Translations under genes and position numbers: made by a program
From: Halocafeteria seosinensis
Lineage: Eukaryota
Assembly: GCA_001687465.1 (NCBI GenBank)
Contig: LVLI01000314.1
Location: forward strand, 62,001-126,000
Direction: 5' to 3'
DNA length: 64,000 bases
Notes under the pieces: model-generated
Told to the model about the DNA's origin: nothing
The model's database searches: none
Seen by the model: the letters and a program-made list of their open reading frames with translations, nothing else
Shown here: positions 23,711 through 37,100 of the stretch, in pieces
Position numbering within the stretch: position 1 is the first letter of the stretch
How the letters are laid out: each line of letters opens with the position of its first letter

Positions 23711-24904
23711 TCACCCTCCTTGAATTTCCTCGAGGTTCCTGTACAATGCATCTAATGCAGGGGTTTCGTTGTTCTCCGGGGCAGTATCGCCTGATATAGT
23801 ATGAGTGCCGACTCTATCGTCACCGTCACCAACAAGAGAAATCCCCCATTCGTTTTTGGAGTCTTCAACACTTGCTTCCTCTTCCTTTGGACCCTTTGTC
23901 TTGTCTATAAGAAACCATTCATGGCTCGGATGTGTCTGCCTCTGAATACAATTAGAATCAGAGCACGCCAGGTTAGGTTTCAAAGTCATACAGGGCATAA
24001 AATTTTTCAACGAGTTATAGCTCTGGTAGAAAGCGATATCCCCAAAGCCTAACAAGAATTTCAAAGAGTTGTGAACGAGAAGGCCAGCAATAATCCCCAT
24101 GGTAGTAGAGAGGGACGCCGCACAAACTCCTTCCTTGACAATAGACCCTTCATCCATCCCAGATGCCAACGCGAATGGTGGAGAACACTCGTAGCATGCC
24201 GTTCTTCCAGGAACCATGAACTGTATATGGCCATGCATAGCGTCCTCACTCACGCCACTCTCCATCCAAGGCATATCTATCCTGTTACATACACGATTGA
24301 CGGTGACTCTGGCTCCATAGTTATCCACACAACTTAAGAGCAAATCAACATTCCCACTTTCCCCCTCTCCATTGCCACCTACTGTTCCTGCTGACGTCAA
24401 GACGTCAATGAATGCTTGAAATTGATCTGTCTTGGTGATATCGCAATAATGACCTTCAAACTTGGTGTGGGGATTAATGGCCGATAGTGTCTGAATCGCC
24501 GCGTCTGTCTTTTTCATGCCTTGCTGACTGGGCGTATAAAACAGTCTGTTCATATTGGCGAGTTCAACCGTATCACAATCGTAAAGCACCAATTTGCCAA
24601 TACCAGATCGTGTCAGCATTTCCGCCGCTACACTTCCTACGCCTCCAATCCCAACGATCACCACCGTCATCTGGGTGATTCTCTCGATATCCGGCACCAC
24701 CCTCATTTTGCGAAGTGCCTCCAGACGGCTGTAAGGGTTGGAATCCTCGATTGCATCGTTCCATCGCCTTGTATAGCCATGAGTATGCTCCTCGGGCTCT
24801 GCATTGGCTTTGTGAAGCTGGAGACGCAGTCGTTCCAACTCCTGCTCCTTCTCCCGGATCTGTCTCTCCAGAGCCTTTGTTTCCTCCATTGTACCTGAGA
24901 GCAT
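23711..24904 (-). CDS. UBA5: UFM1-activating E1 enzyme
   Basis: DSNPYSRLEAL, VGIGGVGSVAAEMLTRSGIGKL, DTVELANMNRLF, DLLLSCVDN, ESGVSEDAMHGHIQ, catalytic GVCAASL and C-terminal NEWGISLV (LIR/UFIM). Start at ATG 24904 or 24889. Confidence 0.95.
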   Translation of the reverse strand: MLSGTMEETKALERQIREKEQELERLRLQLHKANAEPEEHTHGYTRRWNDAIEDSNPYSRLEALRKMRVVPDIERITQMTVVIVGIGGVGSVAAEMLTRSGIGKLVLYDCDTVELANMNRLFYTPSQQGMKKTDAAIQTLSAINPHTKFEGHYCDITKTDQFQAFIDVLTSAGTVGGNGEGESGNVDLLLSCVDNYGARVTVNRVCNRIDMPWMESGVSEDAMHGHIQFMVPGRTACYECSPPFALASGMDEGSIVKEGVCAASLSTTMGIIAGLLVHNSLKFLLGFGDIAFYQSYNSLKNFMPCMTLKPNLACSDSNCIQRQTHPSHEWFLIDKTKGPKEEEASVEDSKNEWGISLVGDGDDRVGTHTISGDTAPENNETPALDALYRNLEEIQGG

Positions 24905-25163
24905 ACGCTTACGCAGTGCCACTTCCTCCACCTCACGTGTATCAACACTAGTCAAAGAACAGCTTGGTGGATCCTCGGAAGTTGAAGTTGAAAAGTCGAC
25001 GAAATGATTGCATGTTTCGTCGCACCATTTTGGACATTGGGCCACCAACACTCAAGCTTGAATGGCGGATTGGCTGCCATTTTTTTGTCGTTTTTTCGAC
25101 GACTTTCTGCACCTCTTCCACAGGCAGTATACCTCAGATTGTCAACATTCTTCTTAATACAAT

Positions 25164-26661
25164 ATGTCTACCGGAACGACTGTGGGATTAGGTACGTCTG
25201 AGAAGAGTATAAAGCCTCCCAAACCCCGACGTTTTTCTGGCGTATCTTGGCCTTTGGGAGCTCATTTACCACCTCTTCTCTACTATATTTTACTCTCATT
25301 CACTCTAACCCTTTTTCCTCTATTGTCAACCCTTATACAGCTCTTGGAGTCCCTTTGGGGCTCATACTGGTGGTATACCTCTTCTTGAAAAAAGTCCTCT
25401 ACATTGTTCATCAAGCGGAAGTAAGTGGTCCTTATACGATGACCATAGGTGGATAATATGTCCATTTTCGGTATTGTTTACTGGTAGAACATGTGCTTCT
25501 GTCTGTTGTGATCACTCGTGCAGGGGATCGTAATTGAGCGATTTGGACGTTTTAACCGGGTGCTGGAACCGGGAATCAACATTGTGTGGCCTTTTATCGA
25601 GGAGCCTAAGGAGTTTTCCTGGAGAAAGACGTACGTAGCTCTGTGCTCGAATGTATTCCGGTATCTGAGTTGAGGAGGTGTACGCGTGCGTTTGTTTTGT
25701 TTGAACGTCCAGATATGTAGATATCAACCGGGAGGTTCGAGATGAAAACATAACCTGCACCCGTATTGACCTGAGGGAATCCGTTTTCAACTTCTTCCCG
25801 CAAAGCGTCTACACGAAGGATACTGTACCTCTAACGGTCAACTGTGTCATGTACTATAGTATCCTGGATGTGCGGAAAGCTATATATGAGGTAGATGATC
25901 TCACCAGTGCCGTCAGTAACACAGCACAGACACAGCTTAAGGATGTATTTGGTAGCATGACGTTTTCTGAAGGATTGGGTTCACAAGACGCTATCAACAG
26001 CTACATGAAGCGCAACTTTAGCGCAACATTTGAAGGATGGGGTGTGAAAGTATGGCGTATAGAATTGCAGGATATGAAGCCTTCCGAACAAACTGCAAAC
26101 GCCATGAAAAAGCAAATGGTGGCGGAACGAGAACGTCGAGCTGATTTTATAGAAGCTGAGGGAAACAAAGCAGCTCAGCGACTTAGATCTGAGGGTGACA
26201 AAATCAAAAAAATTAACATGGGTGTTGCAGAACAGGAGGCAACGCGCAAGCGTTCGGAAGGTTCCGCTCAGTCACAGGTTGAGATTGCTCGCGCCGAAAA
26301 GGCTTCATTAGATGCAGTGGCTGACGCCATCGCTGCTGACAACTGCAGCCAAACGGAATACATGATTGCAAAGAGATACAATGAGCTCTTCAAGCAAATG
26401 ATGATGAATCCGCGAACAGCTAACAAGGTATGTGTTTCATTTTGGCATTACTGTGCTCTATTGGCTTCGATGCATACCATTGTTTTGTTCCAATTCTGGA
26501 TCCAGACTATATATCTTCCTTACGAGATTAAACATCTCACGGGGATGGTAGCTAACCTTCCAAATGTGTACGGAAAAAACTCCACGAAGGTTGCTCAAAG
26601 TATTCGATCTGGTAATAGCGGTAGGGCTGGCGGCAGGGATCAGTTTGCTGAATTAGAATAG
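25164..26661 (+). CDS. SPFH/band-7 (stomatin-like, paraslipin/QmcA-type) membrane protein
   Basis: Spliced: MSTGTTVGL-ALGVPLGLILVVYLFLKKVLYIVHQAE-GIVIERFGRFNRVLEPG..WPFIE-..RIDLRESVFNFFPQSVYTKD...WGVKVWRIELQD...AMKKQMVAERERRA...AEG. Four GT-AG introns. Confidence 0.88.
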
Positions 26662-27055
26662 TGAAAATCCCGGATATAGCCGACTTTTGTTTTCTTCTTC
26701 GTAAAAGTAGCCGGGCTGCGGATCCTTCATTTTCAAATATAGCCGAATTAACCTTCACAAAAGGGTTTAAGCGACATTTGTCGTTCTAACCAGTATATAT
26801 ACTTGCATACATAGGTTTGACACCATATCAGACCTTTATATGAGCCATTTTATCATCGCCTATCATTTCCACTGCAACATTACCAACATGAATACTCGAT
26901 GCACACGCCGCAACCAACTTGCCTCGGCTGCCACCCGCGCACAAGAATTAGAATAAGTATTTCGATAGCACTACCGGTAGAATATACATACCCATTAACA
27001 TTCACAAGTGTCAAAAAAGAATGCGGTTCGTTGGTTGCTAGTTCTATTAGTTGTA

Positions 27056-30000
27056 TCACGTAAACAAAAAGGTAGACTTGGACTCTGGGTTTACCATCTT
27101 CTGAGCTCGCTCTGTTCCAACTACCCGCTCTACCGCTGGCTTCTCGAAACGCGAAAAAAGAGTTATAGAAGAAGTAGGTATCGACTGGGAGGTTGCCTCC
27201 TCTACGAGATTTAGTAGTTCAGAATAAAAATGGGGAATCGTTGGAACAGAGTAAAAGACGATATGGCGTACTCCTCGAATTCTCAGTCGGCGATAGAAAT
27301 GAAACCGCTCAGTTGTTAAAATAGTCGCTAAACGACCTTGATAGAACATTGTTCGCGCTCTAGATACATCATCATCGGGAGAGTATTCGGAAACAGGGGC
27401 AATGTCCACGTCCTCCTTATTCAAAAAGTTGCGGACTTGGACGAAGTCAAAATAGCTCGGAACGTATATCAAAGTGTATGGCTGGGTTTCACAAAGACAG
27501 GCAAGTAAGTCTTAAGCACCGTGATACAAATACAGATCACATACTTGAATATCAGTATCAGACGTTGCAGCAGCTCGTAACTGAGGATACAGGACTCGAC
27601 AAAAATAGTCAAAACGGTTCTCATCGACATCTTGTAACGAGTTGCCTCCAATCCTGTAGAAAACCTGCTTCACTGTCGGTATAATGTGTGTGATGCTTCC
27701 CTGGTATCTGGCTTTGGTAACAGCGCATCCACGGATATTGTGGCACTGTTTTCTTAAGAGAGAGTGCATCTCCGGCTGAAAACGATCTGACAAGAGGATA
27801 GTTTGCCTAAAGTGCTTGGCAAAGCCGTCAAGAAATATCTCCCGAACACGGCTGAAGTCAGCTCCGTGCATATCCTTCGGCATCTTATTTAATCCCGTGA
27901 AGACCTGTCTTGACAACACAATCAGTAAGATACTTACGTCTTGTCCCAAATCAAAATGATGTCTTACCTCCTTAAGATGGTCCCAGTTTTGCATATATAT
28001 TACATCCGCTTGCATAACTACCGCTATCTCGATACATGACAAAAAGTCGGTGTCTCGTACTTCCTCCATTTCAGAACCTGAAGCGGAATCACCAATAGGA
28101 ACGCTGTGACGACAGCGTGCGATCAACATCATGGTTATAGTGCTTACCTATATTAATTCGTAAGCCTAAAGGGGATGCAACCACGATATCGGCATGATAA
28201 AACTCTGAATACAATCGAACTGATTTTCGAGCAACGGAGATACCAATGCGAAAAGCATCTGCAGATGACACCATTTGAGGATGCAGTTGATGAAATACAA
28301 CAGGCAGATGGGTTAACGGCATACCATCAATATTCCCTTCAAACGTCTTTTCAAAGTCCAGAGGACGCTTCAGCTTAGCACCAGGAGGCTTTTTGTTTTT
28401 CTTATTGACTTTCGACTGTTTCATCTTTTGGATCTCTTGGACTATGCCGCTTCCGTGCACTGAATCTAGATCGTCTTCGTCCCTTTCTCCGTCATCAGTC
28501 CAGTCACTCACACCGTGTTCATTCTTCTCATGTGCGATGTCACCTTCTTCAGCATCGGGATCTGAGAACTCCTGGAAGAATCTTGCCTTATGTTGCCACT
28601 GTAGAAAAATATGTTCCCGTGAGCTAGCATTGTCATGGAACAAGCGATGCTTGTGGAGAGCCATTGCTTACCTCTCTGTCTGGCATCAAACGCATCATCA
28701 TCCTAATAAACTGAAATGCGCAATGTCGGAAGGGGGCTAACACAAGCACTCGTGGCCTGGTAAACCCTTGATCCCTGTAGGAAGGAATTTCGCTATTATC
28801 TTCCTCAGCACCCTCGTTACTCGACGTGCTACCATAGTTGGACTTGCCCCTGCTTCCGCTATCTTTGGACACAGCATTAGCCACACGCTGTTCCATACGG
28901 TTAGATCGCCGCTGGGCTATAGCAGTGCGAATTTTCGAAGTATGCTTCAGTTCGAGTTCTCGAGCCTTCGATATGTGGTTTGTCACGTGTAGAACAATAA
29001 TCGAACGCAACTGGGTTTCAATGTTTACGTTTCTAGTAAACCAGAAGACATCGCGATAGGATATGAGAATCTCAAAGAGCATCCTTTGAGTCGGCGACAT
29101 AAAAGCAGACGTAACAGTAGTTAACCGAGGGATATCAACGGAGTCTGACGCTCCCTCAGTATTTTCCGCCAGCCTCTTGCGTCTTCTTCGGATGTCGCTT
29201 AGCCCAGTCTGATGCAGTTGTAGCTTTGGGTCAGAATAATCACTAAATTCACTTGCATCGGCGCCGGCGCGATGCAGGCACCTAATCAAATCGCTATGGA
29301 AAACTGCCCATTCTTCTGCAATTTTCCGTTTCACATTGTACTGTTCGAACAAGTCTACTGCGGAGATACCACAACAGTTCCTTATCTGATCTTTGGTACG
29401 CTTTTTTGTGCGCATACTAGTCCTGCCGGTTTCAAATACTGGAGAGTTTCGGTCCCATATCTTACTAAATAAGGAAGTATCCTTTGTTCCATATACAAGA
29501 GGCTGAGTGACACCCCATCGTTCCCAACCAAGTGATTTCGCAGTGAAGGGTATCTCTGCCAATGATAGCGAAAGACGTGTCTTTTCTAGCTCATCTGCGG
29601 CATTCTGGTCAAGTGTGGTGCGCTGGTAGTGTTGCAGGTATACGTCTTCTGTGGGGTCTGCTTGGTGCCTAGCGGTCTTAAGCGCGCTCAACTGTGTACT
29701 GTCTGCTTCCTCTTCTTGTGCAAGCTCATGGTCAATCTCTTCTGTCTCCTCTTGCACTTCCTCCTCTGCACCGTCTTGGTCTTCCTGTTCCTCTTCGTCA
29801 TCATCCTGAGAACCTACAGAGCCCTCGTCCTCTTCTTGATCACCTTCCTCCTCAGACGAGGAAGTCGGTGCCGTGCTACCCTGACCATCGACAGCGCTAT
29901 GCTCTGCCTCTTGCTCATCATTTTCTTCCTCCTCTTCTTCGTCTTCCTCCTCCTCCTCTTCCTGCCCATATTGTTCACGTTTACGTTTCTCAATCAACTC

Positions 30001-30246
30001 CCGGTATTGTGAAGGCTGAGGGAGCATCGATAACAACGACTGATAGTAGTCGGGCTCCTGCTCCTTGTTCACATAAAGCTCCTCCTCATCATCATCGCTG
30101 CTGGAATCGTCCCCTCGACTGGTATCCTTGAGAGCGTCCTTAAAGGTGTGTACTACCTTGGTATCGCTCTTCTTACGAGCTCCTCCACGGCCTCGACCGC
30201 GGCCTCCTCCTCGTCCTCGACCTCCTCCACGTTGTCCGCGACCCAT
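27056..30246 (-). CDS. UTP25: U3 snoRNA-associated protein 25 (Def/DIEXF)
   Basis: RGG and acidic N-terminus. Motifs [102 protein letters not shown]. About five introns. Confidence 0.93.
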
Positions 30247-31101
30247 TTAACAGGAATCTTCACTTTGAACCTTGTACAACGGATTTTGGAGACTGACAAT
30301 AATACCGCATATGATGCAATCTATGCGTAATAACCTCAGCAGAGTGTCAGTGACCCTGCAAACTTCAACGTTTGAGTCAACCAAACAGTCCTTGTTGCTT
30401 CGCAATAGTTGTAGGGAAGCGGTGAACGTGGGTATGCATAGTCATGCTCTTCTATTTGCACTGCTTCTTTTGGGGCTGACAATCTCAACACGGCGATAGG
30501 CAACTATAGTTTGTGTTGGGCTCTGCAGAATCTGAATCCTCCGCAAATTCCAAAGAGACTTTTGGAGCTATAATAGTGTGGGTGTTAAAGAGCCTTTCCA
30601 TCAAGGCCTTATGGGATATGGTGGCCAAAAGCAGCCCCAATTCACCAAAGAATGTGCTATCATGTGGTGATGCGTTGTGGCCACCAGTTCGGTAGCATGA
30701 AGTGTGGAGACACACCTTTCAGGATGTGGATTGTACGTGTGCAGTTACATTATCGAATTGACATTCATGTTGCTTTTAGCTTCTGGTCATCTTTCAGAAA
30801 CGTCTACGCTTGCCGTTGCTTCTCCTCATGATTGGAACCAGTCGCAACGGTCGCATGCGATCCATGGGAGAGTCAACGCGCTTACAACATGCTTTGTAAA
30901 GCTGATTCGGTTCTTAATTATTCACATGAGCACCGGCATGCACTATTGCGTGACGCAGTGTGGCTTGGCGTGCAAATACTGTGCCCGCTATGTGTATGTG
31001 GCATTTGATCTGAGGCATAGATTGTTTAAAAGTACCAGCCATTCAGGTGCCTTCAACGGCTTCTTTGTAGCAATTCCACTGCTACTTTCACGGGGTTCAT
31101 A

Positions 31102-34100
31102 ATGTCGGCGCATGACACCAGTGAAACTGGTCACCGAATGGGAGAGGATATGGCCTCCCTGGAGGAGCGGAAACATACTTCTTTGGAAAGTGCTGGGGAT
31201 GTGCAGGGGAATGAAGCGCAAGAAGGAAGTGAGAATGAAGAGACGGAGGGATCAGCACGCGAGTTTGATAGGTTACCGGACCCGCGTCAGAAAGAGAGAC
31301 GACAAGCAGCGATACTGCGGTCTGTGGTAAAAAATTTGTACCCAATGCATGAATGGATTGCCTCTCGAGTGGCGGCAGCCTTGGGGGAGGTGACGACCGA
31401 GGAAGTGGAGGAAGCCATGTCTGATGATTCAAATTGGAGACTCATTGAACAATTCGTCAGGGGCCAGATAACGACATTTTTTGTGTCCAAAGAAGCCTCC
31501 GACCGAAACGAAAATGTACGAAGGAAACATCGACGCTCCCGAAAGAATAAAGTGGCGTTTTTCTTCAATAGAGTTACGTCGCGGATCCGAGAAGAATTTG
31601 TGTACTTCACCCGCATGCAACACAAGGAGGATAAAACTGACGACCATATGCCATTATGGGAATCTACTAGTAGGGAAGGACTTCTTCGTAGTGACGATAT
31701 CGTCGGCCAAAACCGTGTCAACTCTGATTATCCTCCGCTGACCCACTTGCTACATCTGTACGATGATGGTCGAAGCACCGTTGGGACATTGTCCCCTGAT
31801 ATTATCTCTTCAACTACTGCGATGTTTAAACTAGTGTATTACCCAATCTTTTTGAATTTTGCGAAGGGACAATGGGGTCAATGTAGTTGGGGTACCGTAA
31901 ATCACTTCCGGCAACGGCTTGAAGGATATATACAGTTTTTAGAAGATACCAGTCACAGCGTTATTGAAGACAAGCAACTAAGAAAACCCAAACCAGAGAC
32001 TATCCAAACCATCAAAGCGGAAGATGGTACCCTCACGGTCGAGCAAGTGGGAGAACTTTGTTCTCTTGTTAACGAATGGTGTGATCACGCAGATGTATGT
32101 ATAACCAATGCTGGGGAGAGACAACGAGACTCGCAAAGTACACAAATTCCCCATTTTGTTGCTGAGCACGTTCCAACTTTAGGCAGCAAAATATCCCTAG
32201 AGGGCCCAGATTCGGAATTAGATTTTTGGCGTCGCCGGCTTCGGAGACTGAATTCATTGCATGAACAACTGAAACAATCAGAAAAAAGACAGGTGATAAA
32301 GGAGCTTAAAAGGATATGGAGCACTGGAGTGCAGATTGACGCTTCTACGATCGAGGGCGCCCTTAAGCGTTGGGCTACGTTGGAATCAAATCTTAGTCAA
32401 TCAACTAATAGTGCCAAGGAAAACGTGAAGTATATGAGCATCTTGTCCAAATATGTGCAACCGCTTAACACCCGCAGTATTCGCGCCACTAGGGAAGCCG
32501 TTCGGTCTCTTATCAGTAGCATCGTTATGGTCTATTGCATGTCGAAGCAATTTGGCTCTTCTGAGAGGATGACGAAACTCCTGCAGAGAGTATCTAATCA
32601 ATTAATCTTATGCTGCTTGAAGGCCATTCTTGGGCAGTTTCCCTCCGTTCCCCTTTGGGAGAGGGACACCTTAGATTTAGTTCAGACTATGGAAGAATGC
32701 GTGAATTTAAACGAAGCTTATCAGCAAGAGATACGACAGCAATGCGAAATCTTACATGAAGATGCAAACAAGCCCGACCTAATGGTAAATGAATCTACTG
32801 CGTTTGGTCGCTTGGACTTGTTCATCAGGCGAATCATCAAACTTATCGATCTTTTCACCACAATTGACCAATTCCGTTCATTCCGTGAGAAGAATGTCGA
32901 GGGACTAGAGGAGTTGTTTTCGGCATACGATAGCCACGTGAATTGGATCCGACAACGCGGTCATCCCCTTCTGGACTTTTTGGATGACAGCTTTGACCGG
33001 GACTATGAACGTTTTAGTGTCAAGATCGCTGAAATGGAGACGTCTCTCCGCTACTACTTAAACAAATATCTGGAGGAACTTGAAACACTTGACAAAAAGA
33101 TGTGTTTGATTACTAAATTCGAGCCGTTTGTTCAGAGACCCCAGCTCCGTCAAGAAATTTATGACAAAGTCAAACTCTTTTTTCGAGAGTTTGGGCTACT
33201 CCTTCTGGATATTCAGGACACATACGATGCGTACAAAGAGGATCCGCCGACTCCAAGGGATGCTCCTCCGGTTACTGGTCGCATTTTGTGGGCACGACAG
33301 GTACGTTGTTCGCCTTGCATTTCTTCCTGAGGGGTGCGGCCACAATTTTCTTTTCTCGCAGTTGTTTAGGCTAATCGAGGGCCCGATGCAATACTTTGAG
33401 AAGTATTTACAGGTTCTTGATGAACCAGAAATGAAGAGCATTATTAGGATGTACAATACTTGTGCGAAGACTCTCGTCGCTTACGAGAACGTTTGGATTT
33501 CCGAGTGGCAGAAACATGCTACAGAAACGCAGAATTGTAAGTTCCGTCAGCACTTGTCTTTTGATTGATAGCGAAAGACATGTTGTGCGTAATGAGTAAC
33601 GTGCAGTGCTTGGCGAAACTATTTTGTCCCATGACAATGAGAACCCTGGATTCTCCGGATTTTATGTGAATTTTCATCCAGAATTGACTCAGTTGCTCAT
33701 CGAAACGAAGCAGCTACTGCGCCTTGGAGTAGCAATTCCGTGTATGTTGTGTCTAGTGGTGTGATTTTGTCTTCGTGTTGCTTACCCTAAATGGCTTGTG
33801 ATGCAGCTTCCCTTAGACTGCTGTCGTACCAAGAACAACGCATTAAGCGAGCATGCAATGCTCTGGAATCCCTTCTCTATACCGCACGTAATATCGAGAG
33901 TTACATTTCCCACTTTGAGCTTTCCTTTAAGATTTACAAAATTTTCCGGCCATTGTTGCTCCAAATTCAGCGGGTATTGGAACCTGGGAGGGTAAGCTTG
34001 GACCATGGATTGTGTGTACGGCTTATTGAACGTTCACCAAGAGTTCACATGCAGATTAGCTTATCCTGGCGGAGCCTTAATGTCGATACGTTTGTGGATG

Positions 34101-37100
34101 AAGTTGATGTTTATGTCAGTAAGCTCAAAACTGCAATTAATAAGTCCGACGATATACTAAGGAACCGCGTTGATCGAAACTTGTTGGTTATATACCGCAC
34201 GTCCCATTTCAAGCGATTGTACCAGGATCATCGTTCACTGCACGAGCTATGGGTAAAATTATCGGAAGATCTTAAAGGTTCGAAAGAGTCCTTGGTACAG
34301 AAGTCGATTGAAATTGAAACCGGCCTGGACGATATGTTAGAGGATCTTTCTGGTCTGGCTATTGAGAATGTCGGTAATATATGCTACTGCTATTCGACTG
34401 AGGATACGAGAGCTGCTTTACGTCTTTATGCCGCCGATGTCGCTGAAGTCAAGATAGCTTACCAGGAGAAGTTGTATTTTGCTGTTCGGTATAGCGTGCT
34501 ATCTTCCCTGGATGATATTCGATCTCGAGCAGCTGTGTGGAATAATGAAACCTGTGGCAGTTTCGTCCATCCCCCTCTATTTTCTGCTGACTTAATCATC
34601 GACCAAGACGATGTCAAGTTGCGCCCGACCCTTGATGAAACCCAAAACACGGTAAAGCACTTAGGTAGGCGTCTGCTTCATGGGGTGCGTGAAATAATTC
34701 CTTGGAATACTCAGTCGGATATTAGAAATGGAAATCCCTGTAAGCCAGCTCGTTTGCTTTTCGATCACCTCAGGGGCAATTTACGTTCTGGTGAAGATCT
34801 TTCTCCCGCTTTGGTGGAGACTGAATACAGTAGTCTTGATAGAATGAAGAGCAATAGAGAATCTTCACACCTCAGAGAGAAAGTATCGCAACGAAAAAAA
34901 TTGGTAGATTCGTTCTTCGAGCTGCCTGCTATTCCCGACTTTGTGAGTGCTGGTCTTGATGATAGTGGTGATCTGGATACGTATGAAGGTAGTACGGAGG
35001 ACCAAGATAGCCTTAATTCCATGTTTGTACAGTTGAGTCAAGATAAACGTGTAATTCGAATGATTTTATTACTGACAGGGCTATTTTATGGCTCTTCTCG
35101 CCGAAGTCACGAAATTGAAAAAGCATTGCTTCGCTTTCGCTGGTTATGGGCGAAGGATCGTCGGGAGGAGCTGAGACAACGATTGAAGCAGAACGATGAA
35201 AGTCTCTCGTCCATGCCAGTGTCGATCACAGACGAGTCCGGAAGTGCCGACATGAACTCTGCGCTGGATAGTTTGAAGCAATTGGAGAAAATAGAAACTG
35301 AAATCCGTGGTCTTCCCCGTTTCACTGATGTTGGGGCTGTTCGTGTACGCTACGAACACCTGAAGAGAGAACTTTCCGATGAGCTCTGGGAGTGGAAACT
35401 GGCATACGCTGAGTTTGTCCGTTCCTTGGTGGATTCGAGGGTCTCATCGATATCAATCTTCATCAAGTCTAGCTTCTCCGTCCTAAATCTAGAGGTATGA
35501 GTTTGATATTTGAACTGCTTGGGGAAAGCATAGTGACACCAATTTCCTTACATGGTGCAGATATCCTCGCTATCAATCCTCGCAAGGGTCTTTACTAGTA
35601 TTAAGGCGATTCAACTGCAAGAGTCCAATTTCGAGGGCATGATAAAACCTGCGACTCAAATGTTAGATAAATTGCAAGCTACAATGGGAGGGAAATACGA
35701 TCTCAGCGAAGACTACGATTCAGTAAATGAACTCAGGCAACAAGTACGTGATGGGCAAGTAGTGTTTATTCTGCTAACGTGCCGTACGGGTTGAATTTCT
35801 CCTGCAGTGGTCGAGACTGGTAAACAAGATGAAGCAAGTGATCAATCACTTGTGGGAAAATGAGGATCTGTACTTGTCTATGTATACAAAGGAACAGGAA
35901 ACAACAGATCACGAGTGGCAACTGCTTTCGGAAGAAATAGAAACTAACAAGCCATTTGAAGTTGGGGATCTGGATACGTATGAAATCAGTCCTCACTTGA
36001 CGGAAAGAAGCCGCAACCAGCTGCGGAAGCTAAACTCAAGGTTGGAGGCTCTAGAGCAACGTGAGAACAACTTAAAGACAGCAAGTTCCTTATTTGGGTT
36101 CGACCGTAGAATGGATTCAACGGTAGTGGCAGCAACAAAGCAACTACGTCTTTGGAATGATCTATGGTCTTTCTCCTCTAGGGTAGAGAAAGATCTCAAC
36201 GATTTTGACCAACTTCAGTGGAGAATGGCTGTGCATCGGCTGAAACACATGAAAGAGAATGTCAACTCATTTTTGCAGGAGAGTCATGGGTTTCCCTCTG
36301 ATGCAAAAGAACTTACGTTGTTCCTTGCTGCAACGAAGCGACTACGCTTGTATAGCAAGGCTCTTTCAGTACTTGAGGAACTTAACGTGGATTATTTGCA
36401 GAGTCGTCACTGGGCAAAACTTGGCCACATACTAGACGTTGTGCTTCCCTATGAGGCTTTAGATTTCCCCGTGTCAACTCTTATCACGAGTAAACTTGTC
36501 TCTGCGAAACCCGAAATCGAAGATGTTCTCATTACGGCTGAGAAGGAACACGGTGTTGAGAAGAAGTTGACGTCGATGGAGCAATTGTGGGAAGATACTG
36601 CAGTGACTACTGAGCACTCTAGTGACTACGATTTACCGCTTATTGTGAAGGCTTCCTCAACGATTGAGCAATTGGATGAAGCAATTTTAACTCTTCAATC
36701 GTTTTCACGTATGAAGCATGCAATGCCCTTCGAAACACGAATACAGGAATTGTTGACATCTTTGACAGCAACATCTGACACGTTCCAATTGTGGTTGAGA
36801 GTTCAGTCTTTATGGCTAGCCTTGGCACCTGTTTTCCTGAGTGGAGAGATTACTATGCAGCTACCAATGGAAGCTAAAAGGTTCAGCAAACTCGACAAGC
36901 AATGGAGAAGCATCATGAACCACGTGCGATCGGAAACAAAACTGTTAACTCTATGTTTGGATGAAGGCACGCAACAGGCTCTGAACACTATGCTGTCGGG
37001 GCTGCACAAATGTCAAGGCTCCTTGCAAAAGTACCTGGAGCGGAAACGTGAGCAATTTCCCCGATTCTATCTTCTCTCTGACAATTCTCTCCTCCAGATT

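Noticed and set aside
26428..26505. Hydrophobic insert VCVSFWHYCALL... in the SPFH ORF, and similar read-through inserts in ATP5PD, UTP25 and the kinase (62842-62910)
   Set aside because: These are ordinary 3n, stop-free GT-AG introns translated by the ORF finder, not protein domains.
29629..30330. Hydrophobic plus-strand ORFs rich in L/F/P
   Set aside because: They are antisense shadows of the GAA/GAG/GAT-rich acidic and RGG regions of UTP25. The same applies to 49305-49922 opposite POLE2.
30272..31102. Short ORFs between UTP25 and the dynein start
   Set aside because: No recognisable motifs, and the splice models I tried hit stops. Most likely promoter or 5' UTR.
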